DNA of 63,258 nucleotides, the filler included, from Klebsormidium nitens (lineage: Eukaryota; Plantae; Klebsormidiophyceae): the NCBI GenBank assembly GCA_000708835.1. It is 4 parts of 4 records of this genome, joined end to end, with 100 filler letters (N's around TTAATTAATTAA, not from the genome) between each part and the next. Parts side by side here need not be neighbours in the genome. Positions count along the whole stretch, not along the records: positions 1 to 27,038 come from DF237752.1; positions 27,139 to 50,543 come from DF237843.1; 2 more parts are not named here. One strand, 5' to 3'. Position numbers and translations under genes: made by a program. Of the stretch, positions 26,872 to 37,980 are shown one piece after another (positions within the stretch are counted from its first letter, which is position 1; the number at the start of each line of letters is the position of its first letter). The notes beneath the pieces were generated by a model. It was not told the DNA's origin. It saw only the letters and a list, made by a program, of their open reading frames with translations, and ran no database searches.

Positions 26872-27038
26872 GTATGCGTTCCCTGCCATAGAGGTCGCGC
26901 ATTTAAGGACAACCGAATGTTTGTGTGTCAAGTGAAGCACTTTGGCACAGGTGCGACCCGAAGTTGTCCTGCTTGCCGCAGTAGATGCACCCTCTGCAGC
27001 ACTTTGAGATGCACTTCTTTTCAAAACTCCGTCCCTTT

Positions 27039-27138
27039 NNNNNNNNNNNNNNNNNNNNNNNNNNNNNNNNNNNNNNNNNNNNTTAATTAATTAANNNNNN
27101 NNNNNNNNNNNNNNNNNNNNNNNNNNNNNNNNNNNNNN
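27039..27138. other. Assembly gap with artificial TTAATTAATTAA spacer
   Basis: N-run with a central six-frame stop linker. The same structure occurs at 50544-50643 and 61022-61121; 48131-48362 is a plain N gap. Confidence 0.95.
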
Positions 27139-27487
27139 TTGAGGGCGAGCAGGCCCAGCATTGCAAGGTGGCGCACGATACTGACCGGCCATTGCCATTT
27201 AAACGGTCCATTCATACCGTGCACGTACAGATGATCGATGGTATGCGGTCATAATTCACTACTTTCATAAACATGAATCGCATACATGACGCCATGATAC
27301 GTACATGATATACCCTCAATATACATACACGCAAATGAAATATGGAATTTACTATAATTGCTGGCTAGCGGCAGCTAGGCCCGGCGGCCGCGCGCCGGCG
27401 AGCCTGTCCCGGGTCGCGGCCGGATAACCACAAAGTTCAAACCCTTCAGGCTTGCAGTGGGGTTCGGAATATTCGGAGGGTTTATCC

Positions 27488-27682
27488 CATGTTGACTATT
27501 AAAGGGCCATGTTGACTAAGAAGAGTGCCCAGGGGACGGGTAGGTTTGGTGTGTGGGTTAGGGTGGGTACGGGTGCGGAGCGCGTCATTTCTTGGTTTAG
27601 GTTTCTTAGTAGTTCTTTACGATCCCCCGAGCACTATCCTAATACTACTTAGTCAAGACTCAACATGCTTTTAGTCAACATG
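27488..27682. mobile_element. MITE-like element with CATGTTGACTA terminal inverted repeats
   Basis: CATGTTGACTA at 27488 and TAGTCAACATG ending at 27682. The core GGGTGGGTACGGGTGCG is shared with 45481-45718 (reverse) and ~33835-33915. No TSD seen. Confidence 0.6.
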
Positions 27683-28367
27683 ACATCGAGAAGTACAGCC
27701 ATCATTGCGTCGACAATTTGATTCGCTTTTATGCCGTCTTGGATGAAAATGGCAACACACTCGGAACTCGGAAAATTGGAAATCTGTGCGAATACTGCCA
27801 AGTGTCGTGCCATCATTGGGTCGCAACATTCTCTTTACTACTGCAAATTATTGTCGCTCGCCGGCGCGCATCTGATTGGATGATAGGGGATCTTTGCCAT
27901 TTGGGTGTCTAGTCCTACCTGGCACAAAAATGCTGGCGGTAAACAGCGCCGAAACAGCACGCCTTACGGGAATATTGCTCGTAGAATCATTTGATGCTGG
28001 CGTGATGATCTGGGCCAACTGGTTCAAACTTGTTCCATTAACCACCATCTCATTTGCAGTGTCGCGGTTGCACCCTCAAGGCGCCCTTGCCTGGATGTCC
28101 AGCTGAAAAGTCAAGACGACTTTGTCTTCAGTACTACTATGGTATCATCCACTGTAAGTAACGCCTACTGGTGTGCGAAAGGGAAAGGGTTCCCTTAAAT
28201 CGTCATAGCAGCTTGGCAGTGACGTAGGGAAAAAGCTTCAGTACCAGTAGAAAAGTTGTACGTAGCTACAAGAATTCACAGCTCAAAGTTTCACTTTGAT
28301 CCATCAATTTTGATCACTTTTCCATTCTAGTGATTCCGAAAAGAGCCCTCCTCCTATTTCCTGAGCG

Positions 28368-31300
28368 ATGGAGTCCTCTCTGCGCATCCTCGTCCTGCTC
28401 GGGCTTTGCGCTCTCGTGGCTGCTGGCGGCCTGATCATCAACGAGGTGGACTACGACAATGTGAGTGGCCCCTCAAGTTATGCAGATTTTGATTACACAT
28501 CACTCAAGGCATCTGGGAAGGAATCCCTGCATAGAAATTTCGATCATCATCGCTGCTGCATGCAGACATTCTTCAAAGGCTCGCCTGTCAATCTTTTGAT
28601 TGTTCGTGCATCAGAGAGCTGTGTTTGGATAGGTTCTGATCAAACTGTTCCAACTGGGCTCTGCGTTGATCAGTTCCTATCGAATTGAGAATGAGCAGGG
28701 AGGGAATAAGGAAGTTGACTTGGTTTTGACTCCTGGAGGGCTTAATACTTTTTGCTCAAGAAGTGAATGCCAGCTGCGGCGCAGATTGATGATCAGTGTA
28801 TGATTTGATGTGCCCTCAAGGCATTGCCAAAGATTTGTCAGAATATGGTCTAGTGATTGTCTATTCCTACAGTCTTGCAACGTTCAGACGAGTTAAATGG
28901 CGCAGACCAAACCGAGCTTCCGAAAGCAATATTTGCTCACCCACAAACTTTTACTGCGCCTAGTGCGGCTTTTTCTCAAAGTGTCCTCTAAGGCCGATTC
29001 ATCTCAAATGTACAGACTGCTATCTATTTCCCAACCATCCACAATGCACAGATTGCCATCAATTGCCCCCAGCCAGCTGGATTGAGCAAGATTTACAATG
29101 TTGATGATCTGTGTGGCTGTATCAGGGTCCACTTTTGGTCAGCTCATTAGGAACTGATTGGACAAAATGATTCTCATCTTGGGGGTGTCCAAGACAATCA
29201 GATGGTTTGAGTTCTCATTTCTCTGTCTCCTCAAACCCACTCACCTAGCTTCAAGCTAGTTTACCCACAACTTGTCACACCCCTTGAACCTCTCTCTCTG
29301 AGCTTTCAATCACCTTTACCCCATACCTAAGAAATCCAACCAGCTGTAAAATAGGAGGAAGTATGATGCCATGCTTTGCCGGTAGTGAGAAGTAAGCTAG
29401 CTGGCAATCTGTGCCAAGGAAAGAACTCTCCCAACAGTTAACCCAAATGCTCACACGTCTTTATCATTTCCCCAGTTGAGCAGCCCTGCGACTGCCCATC
29501 TCTTGATGATACGAGACCCATATCCCAGACCCCTTCTTCCAAAACCGTTACCCCCCATCCTTTCTTTCTTGTCTTCCTACATTGACTGCAGGTTGCCCGC
29601 TCCTTCCCTAACAACGAAGTGACCTACCTCTTTCTTTTCCCTTCCATTCCCGCCATTTTCAGCCCCTTCTGAACAATTTGGTTGGGACCCACAGCGCCGA
29701 CTTGGCTGAGCCCTCAGTTTGTCAAATCGCACGATTGCTCCTTTCATATCTGACTTCTGAGTGAGCACCAAGTTTCAACTTCAACAGACTTAACTCGAGA
29801 CATGAGTTGCAAAAAGTTCTCAGTCCTTCCTCATGTATGTCAGAAGAGTCATTCATGATCGAAGAAGATTACAGGCTAAGGACGTCACTACTGAACATTC
29901 CTCCTAACCCCAATGTTTAGGTGGGCACCGATGCAGCCAACTTCGTTGAGCTGGGCAACATGGGCTGCAAGTCGCTGTTCCTTCCTAATCAGTCTCAAGG
30001 GACCATTGATACTTCCTAACCAGTCCCAAACCCGTTCTAACCCCTCCCTTAACCTCCCTGCCCAGGCCAGCATCAATGTCACCAATTCTGTTTAAGCGCG
30101 CAACATGGGCTGCAAGTTCGTTCCCTTCCTCAATGCAGGCAAAACTGAAGCCAGCACACTCAAAAACCCGCTGCCGGAGCAGTCATTAACCCTCCCTAAC
30201 CCTCTCTTAACTTCCCCCGCCCAGTTCGGCACCAATGCCACTGACTTTGTCAAGCTGACAATGTGGGCTGCAAATCACCTCTATCCCTCAAACGATCCAT
30301 TAGCATGACGTTAACGCTCTCTCGAACCCGCCACTTAACCCTTCCTAAACCCTCTCTAAAACCTCCCCCACCCAGGTCGGCCCTGACGCCGCTGAATTCG
30401 TCGAGCTGTGCATCTTGGGCTGCAGCATCTTCCCCCCTCGCCACTGGCAGATGAACCTCTGATACCCCTTTAGCGCACTAAGGAACCCGCTTCTATACCC
30501 GCATCTTAACCTTCCCTAACCCCTCTCTTAACCCTCCCCCCCAGGTCGGCAACGATGCCGCTGAGTTCGTCGAGCTGCGCAATATGGGCTGCACGACCCT
30601 GTCCCTCACGGGCTACAAGCTCGAGCTAGTGCGCAACACAAACGTAGTCTACCAGACGATCACTCTTTCCGGCAGCGTCGCCTCTGGAGCTTACTTCGTG
30701 ATCTGCGCTACTAGCTCCACCATTGCTGGGTGCAACCTGAAGGTTACCCCCGCCGCCGGCTGCGGGGTGTCCTCCGGTAGGTCTGTTTTCTCGCGGTTTT
30801 AGCGGTTGCGTGGTTGTGGTGCTTGGTGGACCCGTGGGCTGTGTCTGGTTCGAATACAAGTGTTCAGTGTTGAGGAGTTGTTGTAAGCTGTTTTCGCAGA
30901 AAGGAAGGGTAAATGGGTCTTTCGTCTCCCATTTTACAGTAGAAGCGTCCTCGAAAGTTGCGCAAATTGGGTCTCGCCGTCCCTAGCATTGCTCGTGCAG
31001 GCTACTAGTTTCGTTTCTAAAATGAAGCACACTGAAGTTCCTCTAGATGCAGTTGCCCTTCGAATCTCACTCTCCCCCTTCTAATTGACATTAGCAAAAT
31101 TTCCGCCCCCTTGCCTTCTCGCACCTCGAAATACCCACGGGCTCCCCTTTCAGGTTCCCTTCTTAGAAGCTCTCCCATGACATGCCTCGATTTCACAATC
31201 TCTGCCCTCCCTTCTTCCTGACGTGCTTCTTGCCCCTCCAAAAGTTCTTTTTCGCCCTCGCTCTTGCACTGCCTTCCCGCTCTAGCTCTTCTCATCCTCC

Positions 31301-34300
31301 ACTTGCCCCCACATCAAACCGTTGTTTCGTCGCAGCCTCCCCCGTTACGGTCAAGTCCAACTCAAGCGGCTAAAGGCAGCCGTTAGGTTCGTTCGCCCTT
31401 CGCCATTCATTCCCAAAAGACTGACCCATTGAATCTCCATCGCATCAAACTCGTTCTACCGTGAGCTCTGGCCCTCACCCTCAGATCTGATGTAAAGTCA
31501 ACAGGCGCTTTAGACTCCGTTGCCCTTTACTAACCTGTCCCCTAACCCCGGCTCAAACTCCCCCGCAGGCCCCTGCATCAACCTGCTCTTACAACACTGC
31601 CGGAACTGGTGTTCGCCTGGTTTTCCTCGTCTTTTCAACTTCGTCTGCTCTTAAGCTGTCCCCTAACCCTGGGTTTTACCTCCCTCAGGCCCTTGCCTCA
31701 ACCTGCTCTTCAACACTGCCGGAACTGGTGTTCCCCTGGTTTTCCTCGTCTTTTCAACTTCGTTCGCCCTTAACCTGTCCCCTAACCCTGGGTTTTCTCC
31801 CCCGCAGGCCCTTGCCTCAACCTGCTCTTTAACACTGCCGGAACTGGTGTTCCCCTGGTTTCCTCGCCTTTTCAACTTCGTTCGCTCTTAACCCGTCCCC
31901 TAAACCTGGGTTTTACCCCCCGCAGGCCCCTGCATAAACCTGCTTTTCAACACTGCCGGAACTGGCGTCCGCTTGAAGAACTCCGGAGGGACGACCCTCG
32001 ACCAGATGTCGTACGGTGCCGTCACGTCCGGACTCACCGAGGGGTCGAGCGCCGCTCCCGCCGACAGCAACAGCGCGCAGGCAAGTGCTTCGTTTCCTGA
32101 AGTCCGAACTTTTGGGCTTAATTTTGTGCTAATTACGAGGCCGGGTCGATTGCCTGACGTCAGCAGCGTGCAGACAAGTACTTCGGTTGTCTCTTTTCTG
32201 AGGGTTTCTGCTTGTGCTGGGGATGTGAGTTCACGTCGGCAGTTTACCGAGGGGTCGAGCGCCGCACCCGGCGACAGCAACAACGCGCAGGCAAGCGGTT
32301 TTTCTTTTCCTTGGCAACCCTGATTGTCCAAGACATTGCTTTGAATCATCAGATCAAGGGAATTACCAAGGGATCCGTTCAACGAACCGGCCAAAGCGGC
32401 ACTGCGCTTATCGTACGCCCTCTCCTACTGCATCTTCAGATTCTCGAGAGATCGAGATGACTTGCTCTGAAGTATGGCCGCCAGGAGAATTAGAGATTGC
32501 ACGAATATTCAAAACAGTCCGAGTCCAGCTAAGAAGTGTCATACTTCGACTCGTTTGCTGGCCTCAGTGGTCTGCTCGTTTCAATCCTTTCCGGTAGATG
32601 CAATTGGAATGGCCGAACGCTGTATGGTTCTCTATATGAAATGAACTACAACGGCTAGAGTTGGAATGAGCCAAGGAAGACAGCCCCAATTTTACTCACC
32701 GAAAACGGGCCAATCTGAACCAAATATCCTGTTATCCCCGTATCCCCGAACGTTCATTTCAACAAGTTCTGCACGTTTCCGCTGAAGGGCTCCGTCTCCC
32801 GCTGCCCCGACGGCGGGGACACCAACTCCAACGGCAACGACTTCGCCTTCCGCTCAACCGTTACTGCGGGATCCCCCAACTCGTGCACCCAGGCCGCGGC
32901 TACCGTTACCGGCTGCTCCGGAGCAACCCCCGCCCCCACGTCAGCCGCGGCCGGGTTCGACTTTTTCTTCATGGTGAACCAGTGGCCCGGGGGCTGGAAC
33001 CAGGCGTTCTGCGCCGAGCCTAGTTGGCCACGTGGCCCCTTCTGGACGCTCCACGGGATGTGGCCCAACTACAACACGGGCGGCTACCCGTCCAACTGCG
33101 GCAACGAGGCGTTCCAGCAGAGCCAGGTGGGTAGTGTTACTCCGAACGAAAACTCACTGGTATGACAAACCTGATTATCGGCACACTGCGCGATTCGATT
33201 TTTCGTAATCCAGGTTGATTGGGATTGAGTATGAGTTGAGACAGTGGGAACTAGCTTGCTGTCGAGAGGACATGCAAGAAAGACCTCAGCGATACTTCAA
33301 GAGGGCGTTACTCCACGTGGCTCTCTGGCGACACCCACCTCTTATTTCATGTGGCATGTGTCGCTGCAATGGGTGCGCCTGTGGCTTTTCGAACGGACGT
33401 TCTTCGAGTCTTAGGCCGATCGGCCGCCTGGGGGTACGCTCTCTTTCACAAACCCGCACACCTCATCGTTCCGCTCTATCTTCCCCGGTTTGCTTAACCG
33501 GCGGATCTCGAGCATCATCACGGACATGGGGCCAGCACTTGCTCTCTCCTCCTCCTTCGCTAACCCTCGACGGTTTGCTAACCCGCCCGCAGATCTCGAG
33601 CATCGTCACGGATATGGACCGGTACTGGCCGTCCTTCAAGTGCGCTTCCGACAACGTCACCCCCAACGGTGACGCCACCTTCTGGGGCTACGAGTGGGGT
33701 GAGCGACACGTGTCCGTCCGCTAATTTGAACACTCATGTGGAAACCGCTTCTATTTCTGCTCGGTTTCCGTTGTGGCGTGACGCTCGCCGACAACCCGAA
33801 CGATGTGAACAACAACCAGGCAGTGACCAGTAACGGAGACGGGTATGGTTAGTTGGGGGGTTATGTTGGGTGCGGGTGCGAAGCGGGTGATCTTTTGGGT
33901 TGGGGTTTTTAGTAACCCCGAAATGCTTACTGTTCACTGGGCTTACTGTTTACTGGATTGAGTGGGGTGAGCGACACGTGTCCGTCCGCTAGCTCTAACT
34001 TCCGTGTGGATTCCGGTTGGATTTCTGCTTGTTCTCCGTTGTGGCGTGACGCTCGCCGGCGTCGAACCACGCGCGGCGTGAGCGATACGGTCTATTTTGC
34101 TAGTTTACCAGCGATAGAGCGGATGACACCCGTCCGCGTTTCGTCCGGATTTGTCGAAGTCTGTCCGAATCGTGTCCGTTTGCCGTCCGAAACTTTCGTC
34201 CCTCTCGAAGTCTACCATTGGTGGCGACAGCTGTCCACCTCTCACTTGAATCTATCCAAATTGCGTCCGCATGCCTTTGTGCCCGGACTTCTATTGCCGG

Positions 34301-36944
34301 TATGATGGGAGCATTTGTAGAAAATATCAAACTTTTTGGAACGGGTTTCTGCTAACAGCTCTGGGACCACCATTGTTCGCTTCTCTCAGGTTTCTGCCAA
34401 CCTCTCTGAGACCATTCTTCGCTTCTCTCCGTTGTGCAGGCAAGCACGGCACGTGCTCTCAGACCGTGCTGCCCTCTCAGTTGTCCTACTTCTCTGGCAT
34501 CATCAACCTCCGCAAGAACGTCATCGGTGACATGGCGGTACGTACCGGAACCTGACCGATTGGCTCTTTGTCTCTTCTCTTGTTTCGGAGCAGCACTCAC
34601 AGTCGAAGCAATCCGAGACAGACAGTCCGGCCTCGGACTGTGATTTCGAAACGTCTCCGGGGCAAACGGCCAACGATAAAACCAAACGAGATGTGCTTCC
34701 AAGAACCTAATATCCCGAGAAAGCGGCATGGTCCTAAGAGTCTTCAAATGGGTTGACACGCGAGAGCCCTACTATTGAGTTTCTCATAGGATATTTTGCA
34801 AGATCGTTTCGCAGGGAAAAACACGCCAGAATAGGCTAGAGCCGGGTACCTTGGAATTACGGATTTACTGGGCAGATAAAAACCCCTTTCCCCGACCTCA
34901 AAAGAGATCTGAAGCCAGGAAACGTCTGATGTGGCTGCATCTGTTCCTCTTCTTCGGTCTTTTTGTTCTTTTCTCTTGGTACGTCTTCGGACTCCAAACA
35001 GACTTCCAACGCAGATTCGACCGCCTTGCCTGCACAGCGACCGTCCGAAAACAAAGCTACTGCGACGAGAATCGAAGGCTCGGTTGGCTTTCTCTGAACC
35101 TGCCTCAAGGGCAGATCTCGAAGCTTTTCGCACAGAGTCTCGCTGGTCTTAACCACAATAGATTGCTTCGAACACATTCAACTTTCAAAGAGAGCTTCCA
35201 GTGAATGGTTCATCAAGTGGCACGATTCACGTGCCCGGTTCTAACGCCCCGACTACTTCCGCAGACCATTTTTTCTGCCGCTGGGATCAATCCTGGGGGG
35301 CAGATACGCCCATTCGTGACTTGTGCCCGTGTTTAGATCCCCGACCCCCTTTCTTTGCTTCCCGCAGACCATTCTGTCTGCCGCGGGGATCAACTCCAGG
35401 GGCAATCAACACAAATACCTACATACAGAATGCAGTCTGCGGTTCCGACTCCGACAAAACCCCAGAACCTCAACAATCTAAAAATGCTTGGTTACAACGC
35501 CCCGACCGCCTTTTTCTTGTCCTTTCAGACCATTCTGTCTGCCGCGGGGATCAACCCCGGGGGCACATACACCATCACCTCGATCAGGAACGCCGTCTCC
35601 GCGGCCATCGGGTACTTGCCGTACGTCAACTGCAACCCGGGCACCAACGTCATGACCGAGATCTGGGTCTGCGTGTCGAACACCGCCAGCCTCAACGTGA
35701 GTGTGACCTCTTTCGACTTCGAAAACAGGCTGACACTTTGTTTGTGTTATTCTTCGAAATGTCTGCGTTTCACACGAGTTTTGGCTCTTAACCAAGGACG
35801 GTTCTGGGCTGGTTAGAAACTGGTTATTTGACCAGTAACCAAACCTGGGCGTTGACCAGCCGCTGAACATGATTAAACTCCGGTTAATTGTCCAATAACC
35901 CGAGCGTCATCTCTGGTAGTCAGCCTGGTTAGCAGCCAAAACTTCCTGTGTTTGTTTTGTCAAAGAGGGCTCCCTCAAGCGACCTTTTCAGCCGAGGCTC
36001 CGCTCTGGGGTCGTGCCTTTCAGCACTTGCACCATGCGCCTATATGGTGAGAGTGTTTCACCGATTCTAAGAACTTATATAGAGAAAGGTTTGCCGCTTA
36101 TATGCTTTCACAATTTCGTATCGAAGTAAGGCAAGCAAACCATCGTCCATCTCTTTGTTTTTTTTGCTAATATTTGAAATCTTATTTTTGAAATATTTTG
36201 AAGAAAGCCCACAGAGCACGTGCTCACAACTCACACCGCGCACGGTCTGTGTGTCGCTGGAGAGCCACGTGGGCGAACGCCCTCTATGAAAGGCCATGTA
36301 GCATAGACGTAAGTTCCGACCTTGGATTACCTGAAACTCCGTGTCTGGATCCTGTTCTCCCGTCTGTTCTCCTGACCGATTCGGATCGATTGACGCCCTT
36401 TGATTCAGATGCCTTGTGTCTTCAAACCTTTGACTCAAGATTATTAGTGTCCTTATCCGAAGGGAACCTTCGCCGTGACTGCGTGCCCCTTACTCAGCTT
36501 AAATGGGCGTTGAGATTTGACGACCGTCACCCGTAGCTGCTGACGGCGGCATCTTTTTGACGCCCACGATTTTGGACGTCAGTTTGATGATGGTCTGAGC
36601 ACCGTGCGATCTTGACAGGACGTGCACGTCATACGCCCACTTTAAGATGGCACGTGACGCACATTTCGTCCGTTTCCCCTAGCGCCGCTTCACCGACTCA
36701 TATCGACTTATCTCATAGCTCGATAGGCTAGAGTCTGGATGTTCTGTGTGCTGCGTTGGTAGGGTCCCTTGGAACATTGACTCTGCGTTGCTGGTGGGTG
36801 GACCGCCTGTTGTATTGCCCGTTTGTTGGTATATAGCACTTACCTATTCGTTTCTTCTCCTTTCCGCTCTAGTTGATCGTCTGCCCCGTCATCCCCGCCG
36901 CGTCCTGCTCCAGCACTTCCGTCCAATACAAGACCTTCGCTTAG
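28368..36944 (+). CDS. Secreted lamin-tail-domain (LTD)-RNase T2 fusion protein, 8 exons, ~420 aa
   Basis: Exons 28368-28460, 30545-30776, 31926-32080 (GC donor), 32788-33126, 33593-33698, 34440-34537, 35529-35696, 36873-36944, all phase-consistent. Signal peptide MESSLRILVLLGLCALVAA. LTD motifs IINEVDYDN..AEFVELRNMG..SLTGYKL and SVSRCPDGGDTNSNGNDF..TAGSPN. RNase T2 CAS I FWTLHGMWP and CAS II FWGYEWGKHGTC. Confidence 0.9.
29880..30590 (+). repeat. Five tandem copies of branch point, polypyrimidine tract, AG and exon-2 start
   Basis: Exon-like starts at 29921, 30066, 30225, ~30376 and 30545 (the complete exon). Each is preceded by CCTAAC and a pyrimidine tract and contains GGGCTGCA. Confidence 0.88.
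31530..31970 (+). repeat. Four ~119 bp tandem copies of acceptor and exon-3 start
   Basis: CAG|GCCC(C/T)TGC..AACCTGCT..AACACTGCCGGAACTGG at 31569, 31689, 31808 and 31926 (the complete exon). Confidence 0.92.
33690..34070 (+). repeat. Duplicated exon-5 end, donor and ~100 bp of intron
   Basis: GAGTGGG|GTGAGCGACACGTGTCCGTCCGCTA at ~33692 and ~33960. The downstream CCGTTGTGGCGTGACGCTCGCCG also appears in both copies. Confidence 0.85.
35240..35570 (+). repeat. Three copies of acceptor and exon-7 start
   Basis: CAG|ACCATT(T/C)T(T/G)TCTGCCGC.GGGATCAA at ~35265, ~35368 and 35529 (the complete exon). Confidence 0.85.
35768..35950. mobile_element. Intronic MITE-like repeat, family A, copy 1
   Basis: Imperfect TIRs TTTTGGCTCTTAACCAAGG ... 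CCTGGTTAGCAGCCAAAA. Homologous copies at ~39337-39515 and ~46555-46750 (reverse). Confidence 0.65.
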
Positions 36945-37980
36945 AGGTTGGGTTAATCTTAACCCTCCATTGGAATCTAACCACCGCTTGGTGGTTCGGT
37001 TAATATCAACCCTCTGGGTATCTAACCAGTATTCGGTAGAAAGCCGAAGAGCCAAAATAAGTCGGTTTAGACTGGCCGAAATTCGGAGGCATCGGCGTGA
37101 GGTTTTGTAGCTAGTGAGTTGTCAAGCTCCTGATTATATAAGGAGCAGGGACCGTATGAGAGTGGCCAATGAACTCCACGAGGAAGAAACGAGTCCCCTA
37201 TAAGTCAAATATTTATACGAGGTAGAGAATTGAGTCGGTCACCGTCCGCTAAGATTTGTCTCTGTCGGCTCGAGCTTGCACAGATCGACGTACCGTCCGA
37301 AGAAGAGCGACACAATCAGGTATCCTTTCGCAAAAAACGTCCATCAGCGTATGCATATCCCAAATAAACGCTCTCGGTACGTCCCGAGCACTTCCAATGG
37401 TGTCAGAGTGTAAGCCCGGGTTTGCCCAGAACAAAAAGGACCTGATACCTCCTCGCGATGTGATTTGCATCAGGTATGCAAATCAACTTGACTAACAGAA
37501 AATGAGACGGCTTGCAACTCAGTCTCTTTTACTAGCACGTTCACATTTGCCATCATGTTAATCACTAACTTTACGCCGGCTTTTATGCACTTTTCATGCG
37601 CATGGATGCAATGATGGCGTGACACCTGACGGACGCATATGGTCATCCCGTGGCAGCTTTACACTGGAGCACTTTCAACAAGAACGTATCCAGCTTTCCG
37701 TTTCCTGCGTTGCGCTTGGAGTTCCCGACACATGAACCATCACACATCACCCCCAGTCGAGGCCGGTGCTAGCTTCAAGCATGTGACAAATCAACGCGAC
37801 GTGACTTTTCACTAGGTAGTAGCTGTTTTACGGCGAAGCATGTCTCCAGGCTATTAAAGTTGTCAACAAGGCAATCTGAGATTCACGCACATGCGCCATT
37901 GTCTCTCCCTATCGTCGTATATAATCTTACAGACCCTCTGGTCTTCAATTACCCGCTTAGTAACCTACCTGTCTTACTAA

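Noticed and set aside
27083-27094. TTAATTAATTAA palindrome inside N-runs (also in the 50544 and 61022 gaps) and ORFs containing X
   Set aside because: Artificial six-frame-stop scaffold spacer; not biology.
29880-31970. Regular repeat arrays that might suggest CRISPR
   Set aside because: Eukaryotic context, no unique spacers and no cas genes; they are duplicated splice junctions.
36067-36438. Intronic minus-strand ORF with RGVSCEHVLC, SWIM-finger-like
   Set aside because: It lacks the upstream CxC ligands and has no other MULE transposase motif.
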